Below, one piece after another: positions 20,009 to 30,732 of a stretch of DNA of 64,000 bases (position 1 is the stretch's first letter; each line of letters opens with the position of its first letter). Origin of the DNA: Deferribacterales bacterium (GTDB lineage: Bacteria > Chrysiogenota > Deferribacteres > Deferribacterales > Geovibrionaceae). The stretch is taken from positions 352,001-416,000 of the forward strand of contig JBFWLW010000001.1 in the NCBI GenBank assembly GCA_050251945.1, read 5' to 3'. Made by a program: the position numbers and the translations under genes. Under the pieces are notes generated by a model. That model was not told the DNA's origin and did no database searches. It worked only from the letters and a program-made list of their open reading frames with translations.

Positions 20009-20099
20009 TGAAAGGTCTTTTACCTCATTATTGATTTAAATTTCGGCATGAGAAAATCTCACGCCGATTAGCTCTAAATAACATAACGCAGAAACTTTA

Positions 20100-20555
20100 T
20101 CAAGCCACTTTCCCTGATTTGACAAGTTTCAGTAATATTTCCTCCTGAAGAGTGAACATCTCCTCCTCTTCATCCTGCCCAAGTTCATGGTCAAAACCCA
20201 TGAGATGCAGAAGTCCATGGATGAAAAGAAAACTTATCTCGCGTTCAAGGGCAATATCCGCCTCCTGCGCCTGTTTTTTCGCCGTATCAAGCGAAATGAC
20301 TATGTCGCCGAGCATCCCCCCTTCGCCATATGGATCGTCGGACATAGGGAACGACAGAACGTCAGTCGCATAGTCCTTCTCACGGTATTCCTTGTTCAGC
20401 TCCTGAATCTGTGCATCATCGCATATCAGAAGTGATATCTCGCACTCGTCAAACTCAACATCAAGTTCTTCAAAAACGGCTTCCGACGCCTGACTGAAAA
20501 GTTTTTCACCAAGCCCGCTTTCAGTTTCATCTGTTATAAATATTTCCGCTTTCAA
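20100..20555 (-). CDS. ybeY: rRNA maturation endoribonuclease YbeY
   Basis: LNKEYREKDYATDVLSF, GDIVIS, HGLLHLMGFDH. Confidence 0.95.
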   Translation of the reverse strand: MKAEIFITDETESGLGEKLFSQASEAVFEELDVEFDECEISLLICDDAQIQELNKEYREKDYATDVLSFPMSDDPYGEGGMLGDIVISLDTAKKQAQEADIALEREISFLFIHGLLHLMGFDHELGQDEEEEMFTLQEEILLKLVKSGKVA

Positions 20556-21502
20556 TGTACATCTCCGTGAAATTTATCGTAAGCCTGAACAATTTTCTGT
20601 ACAAGGGTGTTGCGCACAACGTCCTTCTCAGTAAACTGTATAAATTTTATTCCGTTGATATCTTTAAGTATCTTTCGCGCCTGTATAAGTCCGCTGTTTC
20701 TGGACGTTGGCAGATCTATCTGGGTGATGTCGCCTGTCACAACGACCTTCGACTGAAACCCCATCCGCGTCAGGAACATCTTCATCTGTTCCTCCGTGGT
20801 GTTCTGAGCCTCATCAAGTATGATAAAGGCATCGTTAAGCGTCCGCCCGCGCATAAATGCCAGCGGAGCCACCTCGATTATGCCGTCTTCTATGAGCGCG
20901 TTCACTCTGCCGTAGTCCATCATGCTGTACATAGCGTCATAAAGCGGGCGCAGATAAGGGTTTATCTTGTCGTTTATGTCGCCTGGAAGGAATCCGAGGT
21001 TTTCGCCTGCCTCCACTGCGGGACGCGTCAGTATTATCTTACCGCATTTTTTACGCAGAAAATAATAAACACCCATCGCCATGGCAAGGTATGTCTTGCC
21101 GGTTCCTGCGGGACCTATTCCGAATACCATATCGTTGTTGCGGATGGCATTGACATAATCCCTTTGAATTGCGGACTTCAGCGTAACTTTTTTAACACGT
21201 CCGGCAACTGGTATGCCGTCCTTCATGATGTCGTAGGCATCCTCTGTATTGTCGGCTATCATACGGATGATATCCGCTGCCTTGGATGTGTCCAGATCAT
21301 CTTCTGTGGCTATTTTTATCATCTCTTCCAGCACCTTGACAGCCATACGGACATCCTCCGCCTTGCCCTCGACAGTAAACTGACCGCCGAGAACACTTGT
21401 ATTAACGGAAAATTCGGAATTTATCATCCTGAGATGTGTATCCTTATGCCCGAGAATGGACGGAACGAGAATTTTTGCAACCTCAACAGTCTTTTTTATC
21501 AT
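20552..21502 (-). CDS. phoH: PhoH-family ATPase
   Basis: GPAGTGKT, RPAVEAGE.LGFLPGD, PYLRPLYD, FMRGRT, DEAQN, GDITQIDLP. Confidence 0.95.
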   Translation of the reverse strand: MIKKTVEVAKILVPSILGHKDTHLRMINSEFSVNTSVLGGQFTVEGKAEDVRMAVKVLEEMIKIATEDDLDTSKAADIIRMIADNTEDAYDIMKDGIPVAGRVKKVTLKSAIQRDYVNAIRNNDMVFGIGPAGTGKTYLAMAMGVYYFLRKKCGKIILTRPAVEAGENLGFLPGDINDKINPYLRPLYDAMYSMMDYGRVNALIEDGIIEVAPLAFMRGRTLNDAFIILDEAQNTTEEQMKMFLTRMGFQSKVVVTGDITQIDLPTSRNSGLIQARKILKDINGIKFIQFTEKDVVRNTLVQKIVQAYDKFHGDVH

Positions 21503-24125
21503 TTTTCACCATTTCCTGCACAAATCTGAGCTGACTTTCCCTGTCGGTGCATTTTTTATCAATTTTCGCATCTCTGACAGCTGAAAGCAGGTGCGAATAT
21601 TCGGTTTTCGGCTCAACTTTCATCTCCAGCAGGTCGTTTCCCGTTATGTCAGGCTTCGTATACCTGAAAACAGTGAAGAAGTCTTTAACCTGCCGCTCAT
21701 AATTCTCTCCCGCAAGTGCCGCAACCGCTATTGCACAGGGTGTTTCCAGCTTATCCATGCACCGCGCAAATACGGAATCCGGCATCTTTCTGGAACGTTT
21801 CAGCCATGCGACGGTATCTTTCACCTGTTTGAAACATTCGCCGTGCTGCTGCGTTTTATGCTCGTCAAGACTGAACCGTTTCAGAATCTCTTTAACCGCC
21901 TGTTTGTCCATATCGCTGAAAAGTACCGACATACGGGCAAGATATGCCTCCGGTTCTTCGTCAAACTGGAATCCGTACCAGTCCAGAATGGTGTCAAGGT
22001 CGTCAAACATCGCCTCTTTCCGCTCGTCCAGCCTCAATGTTTCGTGGAAAAATTTCAGCAGGTCATATTTCCGCATCATTCTGAGTGCCTTCCGGTAGCT
22101 CTTTTCGCTGAGGATATATTTAAGTTCAAGAAACATGCGCTGTCCCTGAACCCGCTCGAACAGGTCAAGATTCACCGCGTGACGAAAAAGCCTGTCTGTG
22201 TGGGGACCTATCATGAAATCAAACCGCACTGCAAACCGGACGGCACGAAGTGCGCGGGACGGGTCGTCAACAAAGCTCAGTGAGTGCAGAACGCGTATCT
22301 TTTTATCCTGCAAATCTCTCTGACCGCCGAAAAAATCCAGCAGAACGCCGAATTCTTTTTTATTAAGCTTCACAGCCATGGCATTTATTGAAAAATCCCT
22401 GCGGAACAGGTCATTTTTTATTGATGCATCCTCCACTGTTGGGGCTGATGCCGGAAAAGTATAGAATTCCGTGCGGCTGGTAGCGAAATCAACGCGGAAA
22501 CCGTCGGGAAAAATCACGACAGCCGTCTTGAACTTCGCATGTACGGCAGCTCTTGCACCCATCCTGTTCGCAAACTCTTTTGCGAAACCGGGTGCGCTTC
22601 CCTCAACAACTATATCTATATCCTCATTGGTTTTTTTAAGCAGGATATCGCGGACGACACCGCCAACCAGGTAACATTTATACCCAAGCTCGTCAGCCAT
22701 AGCGCCTATGTCTTTAAGAGTTGCAAAGACCCTTTCAGGCAAAACGTTCTCCATCTGCCCCGCTACGCTTTTGCTTCTGCCGTTTTCCCCTTTCATCAGC
22801 CTTCCGTCGCTGAATCTGGGCATTTTGGCTATCTCGTCGTGAATAAGACGCAGAAGGTCTGTGCGGGTTATAACGCCAATCAGTTTCCCGTCGTCCTCAA
22901 CTATCACCATCTTGCTGCTGCCAGCAAGCATTGTCTCTTCAACAGAGTAATAAGGCATGTCGGGCGGAATTTTTATAAACTCAACCTGCATGATGGAGCT
23001 GACAGGCTCCCTGTTCAGTCCGTGCTTAAGCCCCTGCAAAATATCGCGGCGGGAAACGATGCCAACCGGCACTTTCCCCTGAACAACGGGCATATTATTG
23101 AGATTATGCTTCATAAAGATATCTATCGCCGCATCAAACGTCACATCAGCAGCAAGGGTTTTAACGGGCGAGGTCATTATGTCGCGTGCTTTCTTAACGG
23201 GTTTTACAGCCTCCCCGAGCATCAAGTCCAGCTTTGCCACGCACTCGTGCAGCATCTGATCTTTGATAACTGCGCTGGCGGCAGTGTAATGCCCGCCGCC
23301 TCCGAACGAAGCGGCTATCTCCGACGCATCAACGTCGTCGGTGCGGCTTCTGCCCACGAGAACTATCCTGTCTCCCGTGCGGACAAGAATGAAAAGAGCA
23401 TCCAGCGACTCAATATCCATTATCTTATGTGCAAGATGAGAAATATCTTCTATATATTTATCATTACTGGCATTTGAAATTCCGATACGTACGGAGCCGA
23501 TGGCTCGTATATGCATATTTGTCAGAAGCTCGTTGAGTATGAAAACATGGTCGCGGCTAAGTTCCCGTTTGACGTATTCGCCGACCTCGTTCAGGTTTGC
23601 ACCGAACGAAAGAAGCCATGCCGCCGCCTCCATATCCTTTACGGTGGTGCTTGCAAAACTCAGCATGCCGGTATCCTCATAGATACCCGTCATAATGAGC
23701 GTCGCCTCTTCCGGCGTAAGGGTTAGTCCCTGCGCTTTCATCTTTTCAACTATGACAGCGGAACAGGAACCGGTTTCCTCAACATACATCTCTTCCGCCT
23801 CTATATCCTGCCCGTGGGCGGGGTGATGATCGTAAATGATCACTTTTTTTGCTTTCGCAACGAGACCGTCCAGCGGCTCAAGCCTGCCCGCAAGCTTGCA
23901 GTCGGTTATGACCAGCAGGTCGATGGATTCGATGCTTTCGATCTCTTTCTCCCGCAGATGCACAATGGGAAGCGGTTTTTCAAGGGTCGAAACGTATTCG
24001 TTCACGGCGGATTCATATGAAGTCGCCGTAACCACAGCGTCCAGCCCGTAAAGCCTGTATGCGGCGTAGGCGCTGGCTATGGCATCAAAATCCGGATTTT
24101 TATGAGTGATGACTATTTTTTTCAT
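21483..24125 (-). CDS. tRNA nucleotidyltransferase with DHH/DHHA1 and CBS domains (A-adding type)
   Basis: H.NPDFDA, YDHHP, GGGGH; CBS pair; VGGVVRD, DIDIV, DLFRRDFSINA, DDPSR..RA.RF. Confidence 0.88.
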   Translation of the reverse strand: MKKIVITHKNPDFDAIASAYAAYRLYGLDAVVTATSYESAVNEYVSTLEKPLPIVHLREKEIESIESIDLLVITDCKLAGRLEPLDGLVAKAKKVIIYDHHPAHGQDIEAEEMYVEETGSCSAVIVEKMKAQGLTLTPEEATLIMTGIYEDTGMLSFASTTVKDMEAAAWLLSFGANLNEVGEYVKRELSRDHVFILNELLTNMHIRAIGSVRIGISNASNDKYIEDISHLAHKIMDIESLDALFILVRTGDRIVLVGRSRTDDVDASEIAASFGGGGHYTAASAVIKDQMLHECVAKLDLMLGEAVKPVKKARDIMTSPVKTLAADVTFDAAIDIFMKHNLNNMPVVQGKVPVGIVSRRDILQGLKHGLNREPVSSIMQVEFIKIPPDMPYYSVEETMLAGSSKMVIVEDDGKLIGVITRTDLLRLIHDEIAKMPRFSDGRLMKGENGRSKSVAGQMENVLPERVFATLKDIGAMADELGYKCYLVGGVVRDILLKKTNEDIDIVVEGSAPGFAKEFANRMGARAAVHAKFKTAVVIFPDGFRVDFATSRTEFYTFPASAPTVEDASIKNDLFRRDFSINAMAVKLNKKEFGVLLDFFGGQRDLQDKKIRVLHSLSFVDDPSRALRAVRFAVRFDFMIGPHTDRLFRHAVNLDLFERVQGQRMFLELKYILSEKSYRKALRMMRKYDLLKFFHETLRLDERKEAMFDDLDTILDWYGFQFDEEPEAYLARMSVLFSDMDKQAVKEILKRFSLDEHKTQQHGECFKQVKDTVAWLKRSRKMPDSVFARCMDKLETPCAIAVAALAGENYERQVKDFFTVFRYTKPDITGNDLLEMKVEPKTEYSHLLSAVRDAKIDKKCTDRESQLRFVQEMVKNDKKDC

Positions 24126-25009
24126 TTTTTGAATCTCGGGTGGCAGTTGAGCAGAACGTTTCTGGACTTATCGTCTGTCACATGAGTGTAACGCTGTGTT
24201 GTGGAAAGGTCTGAGTGACCAAGGAATATCTGTATTGTTCGCAGATCAGCACCGTTCGTCAGAAGATGTGTCGCGAACGAATGGCGCAGAGTGTGCGGCG
24301 ATATGTTCTTATTTATCCCGGCCTTTTCAGCGTATTTCTTAACAAGCATAAATATAAGCTCCCTATCAAGCTGTTTACCGTTTTTGCTGAGAAAAAGCCA
24401 GCCCTCATCCCTGTCTTTTACAAAATAATCTTTACGAAAGCCCAGATATGCCCTCATCTTCTCCGCAAGAGAGCTGTACATCGGAACGAAACGCTGTTTC
24501 CCGCCCTTACCCGTAACACGCATTATCTCACGGTTCATGTCCAGTTCAGCAACCTTAAGTCCTGTCAGTTCGCTTATGCGCATCCCCGTTGAATAGAGCG
24601 TTTCAAAGATGATCCTGTCGCGGAAACCGAATCTGGAAGAAACGTCGGGCGCTTCGATAAGGCTTTCAACCTCGTCAAAATTGAGAAAAACAGGCAGTTT
24701 TTCCCATTTTGAAGGTTTTGAGATAAATCCGCAGGGGTTCGTTTTTATAACATGTTCCTGAATGAGAAAATCATAGAACGCCGAAATGCCGGATAGCCTG
24801 CGCAAAACAGTTTCAATGCTGTAACCATCCTTACGCATTCCGGTCATGAAGGTGACTATCTCCTGAGCGGAACATTCCGCCAGATTTTTTCGGGCAGACG
24901 ATGCAAAAATGGAAATGTCTGATTCATATGCGGCAACAGTGTTATCGGAAAGTCCCTGTTCGTGCTTCATCCATGCTTTGAAATTAAAGATATGTTTTCC
25001 GTTGTCCAA
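24122..25009 (-). CDS. xerD: Tyrosine recombinase XerD-like
   Basis: RD..I.E.LYSTGMRISEL, GKGGKQR, PHTLRHSFATHLL..GADLR, LGH..LSTTQRY. Confidence 0.88.
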   Translation of the reverse strand: MDNGKHIFNFKAWMKHEQGLSDNTVAAYESDISIFASSARKNLAECSAQEIVTFMTGMRKDGYSIETVLRRLSGISAFYDFLIQEHVIKTNPCGFISKPSKWEKLPVFLNFDEVESLIEAPDVSSRFGFRDRIIFETLYSTGMRISELTGLKVAELDMNREIMRVTGKGGKQRFVPMYSSLAEKMRAYLGFRKDYFVKDRDEGWLFLSKNGKQLDRELIFMLVKKYAEKAGINKNISPHTLRHSFATHLLTNGADLRTIQIFLGHSDLSTTQRYTHVTDDKSRNVLLNCHPRFKK

Positions 25010-25514
25010 AATATCCCTTTTTGTGCTAACATTAAGCTTACATATGTATACACCTTGGGAGTGTGGATTTCAATTTTTTAAGAACACGCATAAAAAATTT
25101 CAAAAACGCTTGTTAAATTCTGATTACATTTCCAAACAAACCCCAATGCAGACATCATAAAAACCTATAGCATATATTTACATTATGATTATAGTATTGA
25201 AAACCTATTAAAATTTCATCCTATGAATTAAATCAAATATCAGGATAACTACCAATAAAGGCTTTATTTAAAGCTTTAGAGCAATCAGTAAATTCTATAA
25301 CAAACATATATTTGATTTTCATACTATTTTCTATTTCAATAATAGAGGACTGATATAGGAAATACAAATTGATTTTTTCAATTTAAATATCACTGATTTT
25401 TGGTTAAATTTAATTTAACTTTTTCATGAAAAAAAGTTGACCACCCTATTTTGAGTTGACTTATAGTTTAATATACCGTATTCTTTAACAGAACAATAGT
25501 ATGGAGGACTGTAT

Positions 25515-27800
25515 ATGAAGAACAGAAAAGTCATCACAAAAGAAGAAGTTCTTGATTACCATAAATATCCGAGGTGCGGAAAAATCGAGGTGGTTCCCAC
25601 CAAACCATGCTACACCCAAAGAGACCTTTCACTTGCATACACTCCCGGAGTCGCCGTCCCCTGTCTGGAAATTGAGGCGAACCCAGAACTTGTGTACGAA
25701 TATACCTCAAAAGGAAACCTTGTGGCTGTCGTTTCAAACGGAACCGCGGTTCTCGGTCTCGGCGATATCGGCGCAGCTGCCGGAAAACCTGTTATGGAGG
25801 GAAAAGGTGTTCTCTTCAAAAGGTTTGCAGATGTTGATGTTTTCGACATCGAACTTAACACGAAAAACCCCGACGACATTATCAAAGCATGCGAGCTTAT
25901 GGAGCCTACTTTCGGCGGCATCAACCTTGAGGACATCAAGGCTCCCGACTGTTTTTATATAGAAGAGACGCTGAAAGAGCGCCTCAATATCCCCGTTTTT
26001 CATGACGACCAGCACGGAACGGCAATCATAGCCGTTGCGGCTCTCATAAATGCACTTGATCTCGTCGGTAAAAAGATTGAGACTGTAAAAATAGTCGTCA
26101 ACGGCGCAGGTGCGGCGGGAATAGCCATCGGTAAGCTGATGGTGCTCGTCGGCGCAACACGTGAAAACATCACCATGTGCGACACTAAAGGCATTATATA
26201 TAATGGACGCACCGAAGGTATGAACAAATATAAAGAGGAGTTCGCCGTCAATACAGACAAAAGAACCCTCGAAGAAGCCATGGACGGTGCGGACGTTTTC
26301 CTCGGTCTTTCACAGAAAGGCGCCGTTGCACCAAACATGGTAAAAAATATGGCTCGCAACCCCATAATCATGGCAATGGCGAACCCGGATCCCGAAATAA
26401 CCCCCGAGGAAGTTGCAGAGATACGCGGCGATGCTATAATGGCGACCGGACGTTCGGACTATCCCAATCAGGTTAATAACGTTCTCGGATTCCCGTTCAT
26501 ATTCAGAGGCGCGCTGGATGTCAGAGCCAAAGCGATCAACGAAGAGATGAAAATGGCGGCTGTTAACGCACTCGCCCAGCTTGCCAGACAGGAAGTACCG
26601 GAATCAGTATGCAAAGCTTACGGTGTGGACAGAATTGAATTCGGTCCCGAATACATTATCCCGAAACCGTTCGACCCCAGAGTTCTGACGTGGGTTGCCC
26701 CTGCCGTTGCCAAAGCCGCTATCGACTCCGGCGTTGCACAGAAAGATATCCCCAACTTTGAAAAATATAAAGACTATCTGGAATCAAGACTCTCATTCGC
26801 AAAAGAGTTTACCAGACAGATTATAAGCGTTGCCAGACAGAAGCCGAAAAGACTTGTTCTGCCGGAAGGCGAACACGAAAAAGTTCTCCGCGCCGCACAG
26901 AAGATGGTGGAGGAAGGCATCGCAAAACCCATCCTTCTCGGCGAAGAAGCGCATATCAGGGAACTTGCGGAGAGACACAACATAGACCTTACAGATTGCG
27001 AGATCATAAATCCGTCTCTTGCGCCCAATCTGGACAAATACACCAAGCTTCTGCACAACATGCGCCAGAGAAAAGGACTTACGCTCGACGAAGCACACAG
27101 ACTTCTGGTGCGCATAAGCGACTACTATGCGGCTATGATGGTCTATTGCGGTGATGCGGACTGTCTGCTCAACGGATATTCACGCAACTATCCCGACGCA
27201 ATCAAACCTCTGCTTGAGATAATGCCCATGCAGGAAGGCTATACAAGCCCGTCCGGTGCATATTTCATGGTGTTCAGAGACCGTGTCGTCCTTTGTGCGG
27301 ACACAACAGTGAACATAGACCCCGATGCGGACGTTCTGGCACAGATAGCTATGCAGTCCGCTGACACATGCGCCAAATTTGAGATTGAACCTAAAGTTGC
27401 AATGATATCATTCACAAACTTCGGTTCTGTGAAGATGCCAAGAACAACAAAAATTGTCGAGGCTATCAAAAAAGTTAAAGATAAATACCCCAAACTCATA
27501 ATCGACGGCGATATGCAGGCTGACACAGCCCTTTACAGACCCATAGCGGAAGAGGCATTCCCCTTCTCCGATATCAAAGGCGACGCGTCAGTGCTTGTTT
27601 TCCCCAACCTTGAGGCGGGCAACAGCGCATATAAACTTCTTTGGAGACTGGGCGGCGGTATCGCCATAGGACCGATACTGCAAGGTTTTCAAAGCTCCGT
27701 ACATGTTCTGCAAAGGGGCAGCGGAGTGAACGAAATAGTCAACCTCGGCGCAATTGCTGTTGTTGACGCTATCGAAAAAGCAAAACAGAAGCATAAATAA
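25515..27800 (+). CDS. maeB: NADP-dependent malic enzyme with PTA-like domain
   Basis: [43 protein letters not shown]-terminal DGDMQAD. Confidence 0.95.
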   Translation: MKNRKVITKEEVLDYHKYPRCGKIEVVPTKPCYTQRDLSLAYTPGVAVPCLEIEANPELVYEYTSKGNLVAVVSNGTAVLGLGDIGAAAGKPVMEGKGVLFKRFADVDVFDIELNTKNPDDIIKACELMEPTFGGINLEDIKAPDCFYIEETLKERLNIPVFHDDQHGTAIIAVAALINALDLVGKKIETVKIVVNGAGAAGIAIGKLMVLVGATRENITMCDTKGIIYNGRTEGMNKYKEEFAVNTDKRTLEEAMDGADVFLGLSQKGAVAPNMVKNMARNPIIMAMANPDPEITPEEVAEIRGDAIMATGRSDYPNQVNNVLGFPFIFRGALDVRAKAINEEMKMAAVNALAQLARQEVPESVCKAYGVDRIEFGPEYIIPKPFDPRVLTWVAPAVAKAAIDSGVAQKDIPNFEKYKDYLESRLSFAKEFTRQIISVARQKPKRLVLPEGEHEKVLRAAQKMVEEGIAKPILLGEEAHIRELAERHNIDLTDCEIINPSLAPNLDKYTKLLHNMRQRKGLTLDEAHRLLVRISDYYAAMMVYCGDADCLLNGYSRNYPDAIKPLLEIMPMQEGYTSPSGAYFMVFRDRVVLCADTTVNIDPDADVLAQIAMQSADTCAKFEIEPKVAMISFTNFGSVKMPRTTKIVEAIKKVKDKYPKLIIDGDMQADTALYRPIAEEAFPFSDIKGDASVLVFPNLEAGNSAYKLLWRLGGGIAIGPILQGFQSSVHVLQRGSGVNEIVNLGAIAVVDAIEKAKQKHK

Positions 27801-27873
27801 TACCCTCTTAATAAAGAGGAACCAGCGTTTGCGACACCATTATCCGGCATAAAAGCCGTACCTCTCTTATCGT

Positions 27874-27903
27874 ACGGGGCGGATTTTTCCGCCCCGTTTT
27901 TTT
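27874..27903 (+). terminator. Rho-independent terminator after maeB
   Basis: ACGGGGCGGA-loop-TCCGCCCCGT followed by a T-run. Confidence 0.8.
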
Positions 27904-27966
27904 CCCTTGCTGTCTTCTGCCGAACTCTATATCCTGATTTTTAAATTATTGAATTCAGGGAAACAG

Positions 27967-29646
27967 ATGCAGAATGAACTTTCCAAGCAAAAAAGCCTTT
28001 ATCTGAAACAGCATGAAAACAATCCTGTTCTATGGCAGGCGTATTCAGAAGAGGTTTTTGAAAAAGCAAAGCAGCTAAACATGCCGATATTTTTCAGCAT
28101 CGGCTACTCCTCCTGCCACTGGTGTCACGTCATGGCGCACGAAACGTTTGAAAATCAGGTGGCGGCAGAAATACTTAATAAATATTTCATCCCCGTAAAG
28201 ATAGACCGTGAGGAATTCCCGGGCGTGGACAAACGCTATCAGTTTTACCTGCATGCCACAGGAAAACGCGGCGGATGGCCGCTTTCGGTCTTTACACTGC
28301 CGGACGGCAGACCATTTTTCGGTGGGACCTACTTCCCGCCAAAACCAACCCACGGACTGCCGGCTTTCACAGAGATAGTCGTACAGCTTGGCAAACTGTA
28401 CCGTGAAAACCAGAAGGAAGCGGAAAAATATGCGAATAACTTCGATGTTTTCATGCAGAAATTCACTTCATTCGACGGAAAAATGACTGACCTTGACAAT
28501 TTCGATTTCCATACCGCGTCAGAAGATTTCTCAAAGATGTTCGATGTGGAATTCGGAGGACTGGGCAACGATGCCAAATTCCCAAATACTCCCGTGCTTA
28601 ACGCTATGCTTTACTATTACGAAACTGACCTGTATGTGCGGGATTTTATGAACCTGACGGCTGATATGCTCTGCACATCGGGAATATACGACCATGTGAA
28701 CGGCGGATTTTACAGATATGCGGTGGACAGACACTGGACAGTTCCGCACTTTGAAAAAATGCTCTATGACAACGCGCAGAATGCTGTGTTCCTGCTGGAA
28801 ATGTTTGAGCGCACGGACAACATGCTCTATTTCCACATAGCGGAAAAGACAATAGATTTTATCCTGCACGAGTTTAACACCGATTTCGGGCTGATAGCCG
28901 CTATGGACGCAGACAGTCTTTCCGATGGCGGAAAACTCATAGAAGGTTATTACTATCTTTATACCGAAAGCGCTATGGAACCTGTCAAAGACAAGGTTTC
29001 TCTCCACGAAGGCGTTATTAATATCAACGATGCTGATTATGAAAACTACGTTCGGCTTGAGAAGCATTTCGACCTGTTGAAAGACACCAACACGCGCGAA
29101 AGACCGCTTAAGGATACAAAGATAATCCTTTCACAGAATATGCTTTTCTGTAAAGCGCTTGTAAAAATGTTCGAGGTGTCGGGTAAGGATTTCTATCTTG
29201 AGCAGGCAACGGCTTTGATGAACAAGATGCGCCACTTTCACATGGAGGGTGACAGACTCTTCCGAATCAATTACTCAGGCGACGTTATGCACCATGTAGC
29301 CCTTGAAGATTACGCATACACTATTGACGCACTGCTTGAGTTTCTGCATATAACGAAAGAGCGCAGTTTTATGGCGGAAGCGGCAAAGCTGACCCGAAGC
29401 GCTCTTGAACTGTTCACCAGAGACGGTCTTCTCTATCTGGATACTGACAGGACGGTTGCGGATACTTTTGACGATTCGATGCCAAACCCGATAGGCGTCT
29501 TTGCGGGGATACTGCTGAACTACGGCAAAACGCTCGGCGCGGAAAACACCGACATGATTCTTGATTACACCGCTGACAGGCTTATGAAATACGCAAGCGG
29601 ACACCCTACTCTGTTCTCTCAATTTATGAGGTATATAAACAAATGA
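27967..29646 (+). CDS. Thioredoxin-domain protein YyaL/SPATA20-like
   Basis: SLYLKQH.NNPV.W, GYSSCHWCHVMAHETF, GGWPL, GGTYFPP, VPHFEKMLYDNA. Confidence 0.9.
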   Translation: MQNELSKQKSLYLKQHENNPVLWQAYSEEVFEKAKQLNMPIFFSIGYSSCHWCHVMAHETFENQVAAEILNKYFIPVKIDREEFPGVDKRYQFYLHATGKRGGWPLSVFTLPDGRPFFGGTYFPPKPTHGLPAFTEIVVQLGKLYRENQKEAEKYANNFDVFMQKFTSFDGKMTDLDNFDFHTASEDFSKMFDVEFGGLGNDAKFPNTPVLNAMLYYYETDLYVRDFMNLTADMLCTSGIYDHVNGGFYRYAVDRHWTVPHFEKMLYDNAQNAVFLLEMFERTDNMLYFHIAEKTIDFILHEFNTDFGLIAAMDADSLSDGGKLIEGYYYLYTESAMEPVKDKVSLHEGVININDADYENYVRLEKHFDLLKDTNTRERPLKDTKIILSQNMLFCKALVKMFEVSGKDFYLEQATALMNKMRHFHMEGDRLFRINYSGDVMHHVALEDYAYTIDALLEFLHITKERSFMAEAAKLTRSALELFTRDGLLYLDTDRTVADTFDDSMPNPIGVFAGILLNYGKTLGAENTDMILDYTADRLMKYASGHPTLFSQFMRYINK

Positions 29647-30326
29647 CAAAAGACGAAATTCTATCCATCCTTAAAGAAAAAAGCTCGGAAGAGAATAAGG
29701 AAGGAATGTCCAAAGCCGGTATAAACACGGCGAACGCATATGGCGTCACCGTGGTGGATCTGCGCGAAATATCAAAAAAACTCAGAAAAAACCATGAACT
29801 CGCTCTGGAGCTGTGGGATACGGGTATCCACGAGGCACGGATTCTGGCAACCATCCTTGCCGATAAGGATCTTGTGGACGATGCTCTCCTTGAAAAATGG
29901 GTCATGGATATTAATTCATGGGATCTTTGCGACCAGTTCTGCACAAACCTTGCCTATAAGACTGAAAGCGGGAAGATGAAAGTTTACGAATGGGCGGTTC
30001 AAAATGAAACGTTTGTAAAACGCGCCGGATTTGCACTCATCGCAAACTTTGCATCAAAAGACGAAACACTCACCGCAGCCGAGGTAGATAGCTATTGTAC
30101 GCTTATACTGAATGAATGTGACGACAGCCGCAACTATGTCCGCAAAGCGATAAGCTGGGCGTTGCGCAGTATCGGAAAACGCAATGAGGATTACCGCAAG
30201 CACGCTGTCAAAATAGCAAAGGTAATGCGCGACGGCGGATCGAAAACTGCAAAGACCACAGCAACTGAGGTTTTTAACGAACTGAACAGTAAAGAAGTGA
30301 AATCTAAATTCAAACCAAAAAAATAA
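29643..30326 (+). CDS. DNA alkylation repair protein (AlkD-like HEAT repeat)
   Basis: LW.TG.HEARILA, SWDLCDQ, YVRKAISWALRSIGKRN. Confidence 0.85.
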   Translation: MTKDEILSILKEKSSEENKEGMSKAGINTANAYGVTVVDLREISKKLRKNHELALELWDTGIHEARILATILADKDLVDDALLEKWVMDINSWDLCDQFCTNLAYKTESGKMKVYEWAVQNETFVKRAGFALIANFASKDETLTAAEVDSYCTLILNECDDSRNYVRKAISWALRSIGKRNEDYRKHAVKIAKVMRDGGSKTAKTTATEVFNELNSKEVKSKFKPKK

Positions 30327-30381
30327 CATGCAAATCTGATTTTGCGTGGTAAACTTAATATTGAAGTATACGGAGCATCTT

Positions 30382-30654
30382 TTGAGTTATAAATATTTTA
30401 TAAACGATAAATGTGAATACTTCCCGTGTCACGGTCTTGCAGACCAGAACTGTCTGTTCTGTTATTGTCCGCTTTATTTCTTCCGCGACTGCGGAGGTGA
30501 TGCGCAATGGAAGGGAAACGTTAAAGACTGCTCCGCATGCACAAAAAATCACGATGAGAACAGTTATCAATTTATTATGGATCGTCTAGGCAAAGCCTTT
30601 GGCAATCTGAAAGAAAACGGAGAAATGCTCGCACTCGATAGAAAAACCGAATAA
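30382..30654 (+). CDS. Cysteine-rich small domain protein
   Basis: CEYFPCH, NCLFCYCPLY, KDCSAC; probable TTG start with GGAG SD. Confidence 0.8.
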   Translation: MSYKYFINDKCEYFPCHGLADQNCLFCYCPLYFFRDCGGDAQWKGNVKDCSACTKNHDENSYQFIMDRLGKAFGNLKENGEMLALDRKTE

Positions 30655-30732
30655 GGCTATTTAGATATTTTTTGTATCTTTTGTTGACAAAGCTCCCGCA
30701 CAAGATGTATTGTTTACCTGTGAGGTATACAA

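Noticed and set aside
20555..21529. 324-aa plus-strand ORF
   Set aside because: Antisense shadow of the well-supported phoH; no recognisable motifs
22539..23477. 312-aa plus-strand ORF (and similar ones at 21591, 40387, 41190, 53979)
   Set aside because: Antisense to conserved genes; explained by codon bias
24122..25009. Tyrosine recombinase as a phage or island integrase
   Set aside because: Housekeeping XerD-like size and motifs, embedded in a core operon, with no att sites or cargo
25010..25514. Replication origin
   Set aside because: No cluster of good DnaA boxes and no dnaA/gidA context
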